Source: Methanobacteriota archaeon
GTDB taxonomy: Archaea; Thermoplasmatota; Poseidoniia; Poseidoniales; Poseidoniaceae
Reading direction: 5' to 3'
DNA: 64,000 nucleotides
Assembly: GCA_002720095.2 (NCBI GenBank)
Contig: PBGP02000006.1
Span: forward strand, 102,257 to 166,256
The notes beneath the pieces were generated by a model. It was given only the letters and a program-made list of their open reading frames with translations. It ran no database searches and had not been told where the DNA came from. Made by a program: the position numbers and the translations under genes. This document shows positions 53,487-61,965 of this stretch, in pieces; within the stretch, counting starts at the first letter, position 1; each line of letters begins with the position of its first letter.

Positions 53487-54905
53487 ATGCGTGATAAGAT
53501 TACATTTGAAAATCTACACATTTCTGAGGAAATAGTCAGCAGCATAAAAAATATTGGTTGGAAAAACCCAACTGATATACAAATAGAATCCATTCCGCAT
53601 ATTTTGAGAGGTTCAGATTTACTCGCTCAAGCTAAAACTGGATCGGGAAAAACTGCGGCTTTTGGTATTCCCGCAATACAAAATACCGTCACGAGTGATG
53701 GTCTACAAACACTAATCCTTACACCTACGCGAGAATTAGCGTCTCAAGTATCAGAAGAATTGAATGTTATTAAAGGTGAGAAAAAAATAAGTATAGCAGC
53801 ATTTTATGGAGGTGTTAGTATTGATTCTCAGATAAAGGCCTTGGAAAAAGGTCTGGAAATTTTGGTAGGTACGCCAGGTAGAGTAATTGATTTATTGAGA
53901 AGAGGTAATTTAAAATTAGAGAACTTAAATTTACTGATTCTTGACGAAGCTGATAGAATGCTAGATATGGGCTTTTTCCCAGATGTTACTTGGATAATCA
54001 ACAAATCAAACAATGATAAACAAACACTACTGTTTAGTGCAACTTTTCCACAAGAAATACTTAATTTGTCATCTGAAATTATGAATAATCCTGAACATGT
54101 CATCACTTCACAGTACGAACTTGAAATTCCAGACATTAGTCAAAAATATTCTAGGATTGGAAAAATTAACAAGAGTTGGGCGTTATCAAATATTTTGTCA
54201 GACTTTAATTATGAGGGTCAGATTCTGGTATTCTGCAATACTAAAAGAATCGTTCAAGTTTTAGAACAAAGATTTTCAAAAGTATTGGATAAGAGAATTT
54301 CAAGCTTGCAAGGTGATATGACACAAAATGCCAGGGAAAAAGTAATGAAAAAATTCAAGTCAGGAGATATTGACTTAGTTTTTTCAACTGATGTAGCTGC
54401 TCGAGGATTACATGTAGATGGTGTGAAGTTAGTCGTGAATTATGATTTACCAAACACTGTTGATAGTTACGTGCACAGAATAGGAAGAACTGGTAGAATG
54501 GGGCTTAAAGGGCGAGCTTGGTCTTTGGTATCATCAGACGAATTAGGAATGATTTCTTTACTAAAGAATGTTCATTCTTTAGAATTAACCGAAACTGAAA
54601 TTCCTGATAATAACGGTGATAATCATCAATTATTTTCTAAGAAAAAAGATTGGAATGAACATTCTGATCTTTTCGGTATGATTTCATTAGGCATTAATGT
54701 TGGAACTCATGATGGATTAAACCATCAAAAATTATTCGATTGGATTAAAGGATTGATTAAAATATCTGATTTAGCAGTTGGAAGTATCACATTGAATGAT
54801 GACAATTCAATAATCGAAATTCATAAATCAAAAGTAGATTATATCATTGGAGCAATGGAGAAGAATAAAGGTTTAGGCAAATTATTGAATGTTGAAATCG
54901 TTTAA
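53487..54905 (+). CDS. DEAD-box ATP-dependent RNA helicase with C-terminal RNA-binding extension
   Basis: Q-motif region, AQAKTGSGKTAAF, PTRELA, DEAD, SAT, and HRIGRTGR. Confidence 0.9.
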   Translation: MRDKITFENLHISEEIVSSIKNIGWKNPTDIQIESIPHILRGSDLLAQAKTGSGKTAAFGIPAIQNTVTSDGLQTLILTPTRELASQVSEELNVIKGEKKISIAAFYGGVSIDSQIKALEKGLEILVGTPGRVIDLLRRGNLKLENLNLLILDEADRMLDMGFFPDVTWIINKSNNDKQTLLFSATFPQEILNLSSEIMNNPEHVITSQYELEIPDISQKYSRIGKINKSWALSNILSDFNYEGQILVFCNTKRIVQVLEQRFSKVLDKRISSLQGDMTQNAREKVMKKFKSGDIDLVFSTDVAARGLHVDGVKLVVNYDLPNTVDSYVHRIGRTGRMGLKGRAWSLVSSDELGMISLLKNVHSLELTETEIPDNNGDNHQLFSKKKDWNEHSDLFGMISLGINVGTHDGLNHQKLFDWIKGLIKISDLAVGSITLNDDNSIIEIHKSKVDYIIGAMEKNKGLGKLLNVEIV

Positions 54906-55577
54906 TTATTCTTCAGAATAAATTTTCTTTGTGATACTTGATTTGTTAACCATCAAAAACCATGCTAGCCAAATGAATGTAAGAATTATTAATGATCCCC
55001 ATTCAAAAACAAAGTCATGAAATACTTTCCACGGAGCATCACAACCAAATTCACCAGGATTTTTTTCACAACCACTAACCGCAAGTGGATATATAAATAG
55101 CAATCTAATAATGTTAAGTAAGAAAATTAGAATTATGGTTATTGGTATAGTGACACTCTTAATTGTTCTACTCACATAGGGAGTAAGAATTATTAGAGTT
55201 GTCAGAAATAACATTTCGTGAACTCCTGCACATTCGTCTGACACATAGAAATCAATTGTATTATTCTGTAGGTCTGGAAAATTAGGATTGTATAATTCCA
55301 CTTTTGTCATTAAACCAGTATCTCCATACATTAATAGAGTTGAGGTTTCATCACCATAAATTGTTTGATTTAAATTATTCCATATTCTGGCTACAATCTC
55401 TTGAATCCCTGCTAGGGTATCCTGAGATGATGTAAGTATCATGTAAATTATTTCAACTAGGAGTAAACCTGTTGGAATTAATAAATATTTTTTACCCATT
55501 TGGATTAATTCTTTAATCGAAATGTCTTCTTTAGGAATTTTCCCTTTTTTACTGTGATGATTTTTAGGAAGTTCCAT
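54906..55577 (-). CDS. exosortase/archaeosortase-family membrane protein (small, 223 aa)
   Basis: Polytopic membrane protein. The three residues expected for the family appear in order and in membrane-proximal contexts: Cys (VSDECAGVHEMLF), Arg in N-x-x-R (IFLLNIIRLLF), and His (KVFHDFVFEWG). Confidence 0.5.
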   Translation of the reverse strand: MELPKNHHSKKGKIPKEDISIKELIQMGKKYLLIPTGLLLVEIIYMILTSSQDTLAGIQEIVARIWNNLNQTIYGDETSTLLMYGDTGLMTKVELYNPNFPDLQNNTIDFYVSDECAGVHEMLFLTTLIILTPYVSRTIKSVTIPITIILIFLLNIIRLLFIYPLAVSGCEKNPGEFGCDAPWKVFHDFVFEWGSLIILTFIWLAWFLMVNKSSITKKIYSEE

Positions 55578-55671
55578 ATTGATGTGTATTAAGTTTTATA
55601 ATATGAATGCATGGTTTAATTGAATTTGTAATCTACTGTTTAATCACTATTCCGATTATTTGAAAAGCACA

Positions 55672-55926
55672 ATGAATCTGGGCAGTTTAGTGGAGAGATT
55701 CTTAATGGAAGAACTAAATCTAATTGGTTATGTTTGCCCTATTCCAGTTTACGAAACCAAGAAAAAAATTGAAGAAATGAGTCCTGGGGAAAAGTTGAAA
55801 CTAATCTGTGATGACTCAGATGTTCAATATGATATTCCTAAACTTGCCGACAGAATGTCGTTAAAAATTACAGAAATTAGGGAAGAATCTGGAGTATGGC
55901 AGATTACTTTGAAGATTCCGAGGTGA
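55672..55926 (+). CDS. TusA/SirA-like sulfur-carrier protein
   Basis: LIGYVCPIPVYETKKKI carries the family C-P-x-P motif. Start uncertain (55660, 55672 or 55705). Confidence 0.65.
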   Translation: MNLGSLVERFLMEELNLIGYVCPIPVYETKKKIEEMSPGEKLKLICDDSDVQYDIPKLADRMSLKITEIREESGVWQITLKIPR

Positions 55927-55930
55927 AATT

Positions 55931-56587
55931 ATGAACTACGGCGAAGATGAAGAACTTTCAGAAAAATATGAGATCCCCGCTGACGCTAAACTTCCATTAC
56001 GAGAAGGTGATTTTAGAATTAGAGTGTTTCACGAAGAGAGTACAGGTTTTGATCACGTTGCACTTACGTTGGGAGAAATGAGAGGACCAGATCCTACATT
56101 AGTTAGAATACATTCAGAATGCCTTACTGGGGATGTTTTTGGAAGTTTACGTTGTGATTGCGGTCCTCAACTAGAAACAGCTCTGAGCAGTATCAAATCT
56201 AATGGATGGGGGTGTTTATTATATTTGAGACAAGAAGGTAGAGGTATTGGCTTACATTCTAAGATTCAAGCTTATAATTTACAGGATAAAGGTTTAGATA
56301 CACTAGAAGCTAATTTAGAATTGGGTCTTCCAGCTGACGCTAGAGATTACAAAATAGCTGCTAAAATATTAAACGCAATTGGTGTAGAGAAAGTATGTCT
56401 TCTCACAAATAACCCTGAAAAGATAAATCAATTGAAGAAACATCAAATTGACGTTGTGCGAAGGATGCCTCTAATTGTTGGAGTTGGAACTCATAATTTA
56501 AAATATTTAGAAACTAAAATTGAAAAAATGGGTCATAAAATTGATGAAAACTCTCTAGTCGAAAATTTTGATGATGAGAATCAATAG
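55931..56587 (+). CDS. ribA: GTP cyclohydrolase II
   Basis: RIHSECLTGDVFGSLRCDCGPQL (zinc cysteines) and YLRQEGRGIGL. Confidence 0.9.
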   Translation: MNYGEDEELSEKYEIPADAKLPLREGDFRIRVFHEESTGFDHVALTLGEMRGPDPTLVRIHSECLTGDVFGSLRCDCGPQLETALSSIKSNGWGCLLYLRQEGRGIGLHSKIQAYNLQDKGLDTLEANLELGLPADARDYKIAAKILNAIGVEKVCLLTNNPEKINQLKKHQIDVVRRMPLIVGVGTHNLKYLETKIEKMGHKIDENSLVENFDDENQ

Positions 56588-56589
56588 AA

Positions 56590-56665
56590 TGGGGCCGTGA
56601 CCGGGAATTGAACCCGGGCCGGCGGGACCACAACCCACCGTGCTAACCTCTACACCATCACAGCC
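56590..56665 (-). tRNA. tRNA-His (anticodon GUG) with genome-encoded G-1 and encoded 3' CCA
   Basis: Minus strand: G(-1)-GCTGTGA-TG-GTGT-AGAGGTTA-GCAC-G-GTGGG-TTGTGGT-CCCGC-CGGC-CCGGG-TTCAATT-CCCGG-TCACGGC-C-CCA. G-1 can pair with discriminator C73. Confidence 0.9.
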
Positions 56666-56774
56666 ATCTTGTAAACAGCTCGAAGTACTTGGATTATTTG
56701 AATCAATCGTCAATCTTAACTAAATTACTACTAAAGACCATTTAATTCAAGTGTCTTAATTTACTGCGTACTCC

Positions 56775-58904
56775 ATGTCGAGATTCAGTATTAACAAGAA
56801 TATATTTCTATTTTTATCAGTTACAATACTTCTCTTCTCACCAATTGCATCTTCAAGAACTGTTTTTGCAGTCTATAACATTGATGTATTACCTCAGGGA
56901 GAGTTTAATAGTTCCGATGAATGGGAAATAGATTCACAATTTGGTTTCACAGATCTTGAATCAGAGAACACAAATTTGTTAGTAGGTGGTGGGAAAGTAA
57001 CTATTGAACATGAAAGACAACAGAATCTAAGAAGTATGAATTTTTGGGCTAATGAGTCGAAAAGTGGTCATGAATCTGCTATTGGGTACCCGGATTCCGA
57101 GTTATCAATATCTTCTGGAGCAGATATTGATCTTTCTGGATTTGATTTTAGTTCAGTAAGTAATTATCCATTAGTAAGTAATTCATTACTTTTGTCATTT
57201 AGAATTTCAGATGGATTGAATGATGACAGAGTAGAAATAAGTATTTCATTCTCTGATTCTGCATATTTAATAAAATCGTATTCAAATACGTTCTCGGAAG
57301 GGGAGGTAAATTATCTAGTAAACCCATACCTTTTAATTAATATAGATGAATATGATGACTGGACATGGGATTCATTATCAGACTTATCTGTAAAATTAAA
57401 CTACGAATCAGTAGGTGGTAGTGATGAGGCTCAGCTCGAAGTTGACGCAGTTGGAATAATGGCAACCTACCAAATGAGTGAAAGTGGTTTTGATTTTGTC
57501 AAAGCACAAACACAAATGACATTAAGTGATAACTATGAGTATGGGAATTTAAGTTTATACTTATCAGGTTCAATTTTTGGTGATTTTGGTAATTTAGATA
57601 CGGATTTAAGTTGGTTGAAATTACAAATAGGTACAGATATAATCTATGAAATGAATATTGATGAGGACTTATCAGATTTTGAGATAAATATTAACTTAAA
57701 CAGGGATTTGTTTTTGATGAGTCAAGAATTAATTTTTGCATTAGGTGTACAAATTTTTTGGGATTCTGATGGTTCTTATAAAAAAGGCAGTATGATAATT
57801 AATGAAGTCAATATTGAAGGAATTACGATTACTGAATGGGATGAGAGTCCACAATGTCTGGAAATTGAAGATTATGTAGGTGAAAAATCATTTACAGAAG
57901 ATTCAGGAGAATATGCAATAATATCTTTGATAGATTATTGTTCTGATGATCGGACCGATGTTTCCAATCTAAATTTTTCAGTGGATGTAATAAATGAAAG
58001 TATTATCAATGTAGAAATTGAAGAAGGTTATCTTAAAATTTTTCAAATACCTCAATCATCGGGAATTACTGAAATAGTGCTAAATGTAACAGACGAGTCT
58101 GGTAACCAATTGAGAGATACTTTTTTGGTTGAAGTTAAAGAAGTTAATGACCCACCTATGATTTCGAACTTCCCTGATGAAGTATGGATTGAATTAAATG
58201 AACAATTAATTTTAGAGGGGGAAATTATGGACTATGAGTCAAATTTAGATGAGCTGGAAATATCTGTAGACAATTTGTTGGTAAAGATAAATAATAGTAA
58301 GTTAATTATTAATGCACGAGAATTAGGGACATTCGATGTAATTTTAACTGTGAGTGACGGTAGTCTCGAATCAACACATAAATTAACGGTCCACGTATTT
58401 TCTGAGCCAGATATTATTCCTGTATATCTTAATATTCTTGATTCAGAAGGAGAACAATTGATTCTCGACAACATACTTACTAAAACAGTAGACTCTAATG
58501 TTAGAGTAATTTCTGAGATTAAAAATTTAGGAAAGTTAGATGCAACATTTATTTCAATTAGATATTATTCCAACGAAGAATTGATTCACAATCATACAAT
58601 TCCAGTGATATCATCTAACTCTTCAGTAATTGTAGAATTTGATTGGGATATAACTAAGATAATAAGTAATTATAGTGTCTTGGTTGTTGTAGATTATAAT
58701 AATCTGATAGATGAATCAAATGAGTTAAACAATGAATTATTCCTAAACTTTAGTGTTGAATCTAACGAAAAAGGAAATTTAAATGCAAAAACTCAAAGTC
58801 TACTTGATAATTTTTCAATTATATATTCATTAATATTTTTAGGTTTTTTAATCTTATGTTTAATTCTTTTAATGGGGCCGAAGAAAATAAAGAAAATTTC
58901 ATAA
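56775..58904 (+). CDS. large surface protein (709 aa) with cadherin-like and CARDB-like domains, C-terminal TM anchor
   Basis: Signal peptide (IFLFLSVTILLFSPIASS). VEVKEVNDPPMISNFPDE (cadherin/Ig-like junction). VRVISEIKNLGKLDATFISIRYY...VIVEFDW (CARDB-like). The C-terminus IIYSLIFLGFLILCLILLMGPKKIKKIS is a TM plus basic tail. Confidence 0.65.
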   Translation: MSRFSINKNIFLFLSVTILLFSPIASSRTVFAVYNIDVLPQGEFNSSDEWEIDSQFGFTDLESENTNLLVGGGKVTIEHERQQNLRSMNFWANESKSGHESAIGYPDSELSISSGADIDLSGFDFSSVSNYPLVSNSLLLSFRISDGLNDDRVEISISFSDSAYLIKSYSNTFSEGEVNYLVNPYLLINIDEYDDWTWDSLSDLSVKLNYESVGGSDEAQLEVDAVGIMATYQMSESGFDFVKAQTQMTLSDNYEYGNLSLYLSGSIFGDFGNLDTDLSWLKLQIGTDIIYEMNIDEDLSDFEININLNRDLFLMSQELIFALGVQIFWDSDGSYKKGSMIINEVNIEGITITEWDESPQCLEIEDYVGEKSFTEDSGEYAIISLIDYCSDDRTDVSNLNFSVDVINESIINVEIEEGYLKIFQIPQSSGITEIVLNVTDESGNQLRDTFLVEVKEVNDPPMISNFPDEVWIELNEQLILEGEIMDYESNLDELEISVDNLLVKINNSKLIINARELGTFDVILTVSDGSLESTHKLTVHVFSEPDIIPVYLNILDSEGEQLILDNILTKTVDSNVRVISEIKNLGKLDATFISIRYYSNEELIHNHTIPVISSNSSVIVEFDWDITKIISNYSVLVVVDYNNLIDESNELNNELFLNFSVESNEKGNLNAKTQSLLDNFSIIYSLIFLGFLILCLILLMGPKKIKKIS

Positions 58905-59099
58905 ATTTTTTTTAAACGAATGACGTGAGGCTGATAATCTTTTTTTAACAGTAAAACATAAAAGTAAACTCCACTACAAAGTGATTGCTTCATGGTTGGG
59001 GGACCGAGGTACAAGAAGCAGGATGTGGGGATAATGGGATTACTAAAAATTCGATTAGAAACAGAAGAATGGATTTATGAAGAATACGAAGAAGCTTAG

Positions 59100-60014
59100 T
59101 CATATAAAGACATGTTTAGGTTGAGCTACTGCTCCTCTGTCTTTGATAGAAATAGTAGTTGAATCAAGTTTAGCTTCAGCTATGGCTAATAGTTCACCAT
59201 TTAGAGATTGGATTGCTATTTTTTCCCCTTTTCTAAATTTAGAACTTATATGGGTCACAGCAGGATGCATTATCATTGCACCATTTTTTAAACTTTCATG
59301 AGCGGATTCTTTAATTATTATTCTAGGGTAGTCCTTTACAAGTTCTTCGATTGGGATTAATATTTTTAACATTGCTTTGTCGTCACCTAGTTCTTTAAGT
59401 TTCCATATTGCATCGGATAATTGAGCCATTGTAATACATTTATTTTCAGTAAAAGATCCGCTTTTAGTTCTTCGAAGTTCTTTTAGGGTTATCTTTTGAT
59501 CTATTAGTAATCCTAAATCTCGCGCAAATGTTCTGACATATGTTCCAGCTTCGCATTCTATTTCAAGAAGTAGATTGTCATCTTGAAAGTCCAAAATTTC
59601 TAATTTTTTTATATTTCTGGCTCTAACTTGAATTTTAACGGCTGAAATTTCAGGAGGTACATTGTAAATTTTTCCTCTAAGCTGATTAATTGAAATTTTT
59701 ATTTTTTCAATATCTACATTTGAGCTTAATTTCAAACTAGCGATATATGTTTTTTCATGCTTAAGTATTAGAGGTGTTAATTTCATAGATTTACCTAATA
59801 GTAGCGGTAAAACACCCGATGCAAAGGGATCTAATGTACCTCCATGAGCTAATTTTTCTAGGCCTAGTAAGTTTCTTGCCCATGCTGACAGTTGGTGACT
59901 AGTTGGTCCTGGATGTTTATCTAATAGTATAAATCCAGCATTCATCCTTGATTGAAAATTTCTTGAATAACCATTCATGTCATTAGGTTCACTGTCAGCG
60001 TTAATGTTTATCAT
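59100..60014 (-). CDS. cbf5: tRNA/rRNA pseudouridine synthase Cbf5 (TruB family, with PUA domain)
   Basis: AHGGTLDPFASGVLPLLLGKSMKL catalytic-Asp motif and a C-terminal PUA-like region. 304 aa. Confidence 0.85.
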   Translation of the reverse strand: MININADSEPNDMNGYSRNFQSRMNAGFILLDKHPGPTSHQLSAWARNLLGLEKLAHGGTLDPFASGVLPLLLGKSMKLTPLILKHEKTYIASLKLSSNVDIEKIKISINQLRGKIYNVPPEISAVKIQVRARNIKKLEILDFQDDNLLLEIECEAGTYVRTFARDLGLLIDQKITLKELRRTKSGSFTENKCITMAQLSDAIWKLKELGDDKAMLKILIPIEELVKDYPRIIIKESAHESLKNGAMIMHPAVTHISSKFRKGEKIAIQSLNGELLAIAEAKLDSTTISIKDRGAVAQPKHVFI

Positions 60015-60020
60015 TTTAAT

Positions 60021-60554
60021 TTACTCCTGTAGGTGTCTTAATACTTCTTTCAAAATTTCTTCTGGAGTTTTATGGTTGCAGTCAATGGTTAAAGAATATG
60101 GGCTCATATCATCTAAAGAAAGATTATAAAATTTTTTAAATCTATTATTATCTTTTTCAATTCTCTGTTTAATAGAAAATAAAACCTGTGCTAATTCTCC
60201 GCCTTCTCTTTTCTGAACTCTTTGGGCGCGTATATCTTCATTTACATTAAGCCAGATTCTTTTGCATGGAATCTCATTGTTTTTTGCCCAATGTCCTGCA
60301 AGCCGACTTTCAATAATTTGCGGACCATTGATACTTTTCATGATTACGATAAGTTCATCATCAAGCTCCCTATCAATCTTATCATCAATTAAGCATAACT
60401 CAGCATAATCAACCAGACTCATATTATTTTTTTTAGCAGCATTTCTAAAAATCATCCCACCGTTAATCGACCTCCAACCCAGTTCTTTTTCTAGTAAATT
60501 AACTAATGTTGTTGTTCCACTACCAGGATGTCCGCTAACTGTAATCTTCGTCAT
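60021..60554 (-). CDS. cmk: cytidylate kinase (archaeal type)
   Basis: ITVSGHPGSGTTTL P-loop at the N-terminus and GGMIFRNAAKKNNMSLVDY. The start at MTKITVSG (60554) avoids overlap with the upstream gene. Confidence 0.85.
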   Translation of the reverse strand: MTKITVSGHPGSGTTTLVNLLEKELGWRSINGGMIFRNAAKKNNMSLVDYAELCLIDDKIDRELDDELIVIMKSINGPQIIESRLAGHWAKNNEIPCKRIWLNVNEDIRAQRVQKREGGELAQVLFSIKQRIEKDNNRFKKFYNLSLDDMSPYSLTIDCNHKTPEEILKEVLRHLQE

Positions 60555-60558
60555 AGAA

Positions 60559-61458
60559 TCATTTCCATTCGTGTCTGCAAGTAACACATCTCAATTTCCC
60601 AGATCCAGAACGTTCAATTTCTGAGCTTCCACATAAGTCACATTCACCTTCAATTTTCTTTGAATTATGGGTTCTAGTTTTCGTCATAGAATTATTTTGT
60701 TTTTGTACCCTACTTTTTCTTTTGTTCGAATTATTTAAGTAAGATTTTTTTTCATTTTTATTTCTGAATTCATCTAATAGTGGCTCCTTGATAGTTTTAC
60801 CTGCCACTACTATAGGATGAGTCCTGTAACGGATTAATTTGATGTGCCTATCAATAATTCTCCCTAGTGGCGCCGACATGCAAATATATGCAAAAATCCA
60901 AACAGGGATAAACCACATAACCTTGTCATCAATTAACCTCCACTTGGGGTTCCATGGAAGGCTTAGATAATCTACTCTAAAGTTTTCTACTGATGAGGCC
61001 AACCATGCAAAAATAGCTATAATAAATATCATTGTAAACATCATAGGCTTAAAAGCTCCCATTTGCACAGACATCTGGTCGGGTAGCATTTTCTCTCTCA
61101 TTCGCATTGCAGTATCAAGAGCGACCTTATTTTGGTCTAATCTAGCTTCATTCGCCATTTTTCCAATCTGTCTTTGTCTATGAGAAATATGCGCTTGTGC
61201 TACAGGATCCATGAAAAAAGAGCGCAAAATCGTATTGACAACCATACTTGCGGAACCAAGTGTTAATACCATCAAGATTAATGAATTTTCAGGTACGATT
61301 GGACTTAATACAGGATCTGCATAATCCATTAAAGAATTTCTAACACTGGGGTTAATGACTAACATCATCATCATGATCATCATAAGAAGAAGTAGCATCA
61401 TTTGTCCACCACCTTGAGGCATTTCACCGCCTTGACCGCCTGCGCTATCCCCTGTCAT
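60559..61458 (-). CDS. DUF106/EMC3-TMCO1-like membrane protein (archaeal Oxa1/YidC-superfamily insertase candidate) with C-terminal zinc-ribbon extension
   Basis: TM1, then a basic coiled-coil (HRQRQIGKMANEARLDQNKVALDTAMRMREKM), then KPMMFTMIFIIAIFAWL. This matches the DUF106 layout. The position directly upstream of cmk is the classic archaeal synteny. The C-terminus has CDLCGSSE...LRCVTCRHEW. Start ambiguous (61458 or 61485). Confidence 0.6.
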   Translation of the reverse strand: MTGDSAGGQGGEMPQGGGQMMLLLLMMIMMMMLVINPSVRNSLMDYADPVLSPIVPENSLILMVLTLGSASMVVNTILRSFFMDPVAQAHISHRQRQIGKMANEARLDQNKVALDTAMRMREKMLPDQMSVQMGAFKPMMFTMIFIIAIFAWLASSVENFRVDYLSLPWNPKWRLIDDKVMWFIPVWIFAYICMSAPLGRIIDRHIKLIRYRTHPIVVAGKTIKEPLLDEFRNKNEKKSYLNNSNKRKSRVQKQNNSMTKTRTHNSKKIEGECDLCGSSEIERSGSGKLRCVTCRHEWK

Positions 61459-61543
61459 AATAACCCTTAAACAAAAGGGGTGCATCAATGCTTCCCCTAT
61501 TTTTGCTGCAAAATATAATATCCGTTAGTATCTTGAAATAGAT

Positions 61544-61963
61544 ATGACTCCGCAATTCATGAGCGGAGATACTTCACGTTGGGTTAGTGGGCAACCTATG
61601 CCAATGCTAAATCGACCAGTTGTAATTTCATTGTCACAAATTGAATTGGTTTCAAAAATTTTCAAAGAGGGAATGCTATGGTATTGGGGTGCAGATGTTG
61701 GATGTGTCGGTAATAAAATGCGTACTATGAGGTGTAACGAGGAGGGGATTGAACCTGAAGGTAATGAAGCTGAATTAATAGATTGGATAAAACGATTCGG
61801 GAGTAATTCGACACTGGTCGTTGACTGTAGAGAATCAATAGGTATGCCAAAGACCGTTACACCTTTACTTAATCTTCTAATAAATATGCCTTGTCAAGTA
61901 CTAGCAATAGTAGATGATATTACTGCATCTAACCCTTTTCCAGTTTGGACACCAGTTACTTAG
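61544..61963 (+). CDS. hypothetical protein (139 aa)
   Basis: Clean ATG ORF filling the gap. No motif recognised. Confidence 0.4.
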   Translation: MTPQFMSGDTSRWVSGQPMPMLNRPVVISLSQIELVSKIFKEGMLWYWGADVGCVGNKMRTMRCNEEGIEPEGNEAELIDWIKRFGSNSTLVVDCRESIGMPKTVTPLLNLLINMPCQVLAIVDDITASNPFPVWTPVT

Positions 61964-61965
61964 TT

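Noticed and set aside
58905-59099. Unusually long (195 nt) convergent intergenic spacer between the 709-aa surface protein gene and cbf5, inspected for a small RNA (C/D-box, H/ACA) or a micro-ORF
   Set aside because: I found no convincing C box (RUGAUGA) / D box (CUGA) pairing or ACA-terminated hairpin. The 73-aa track ORF and a 21-aa ATG ORF have no support. Left unannotated.
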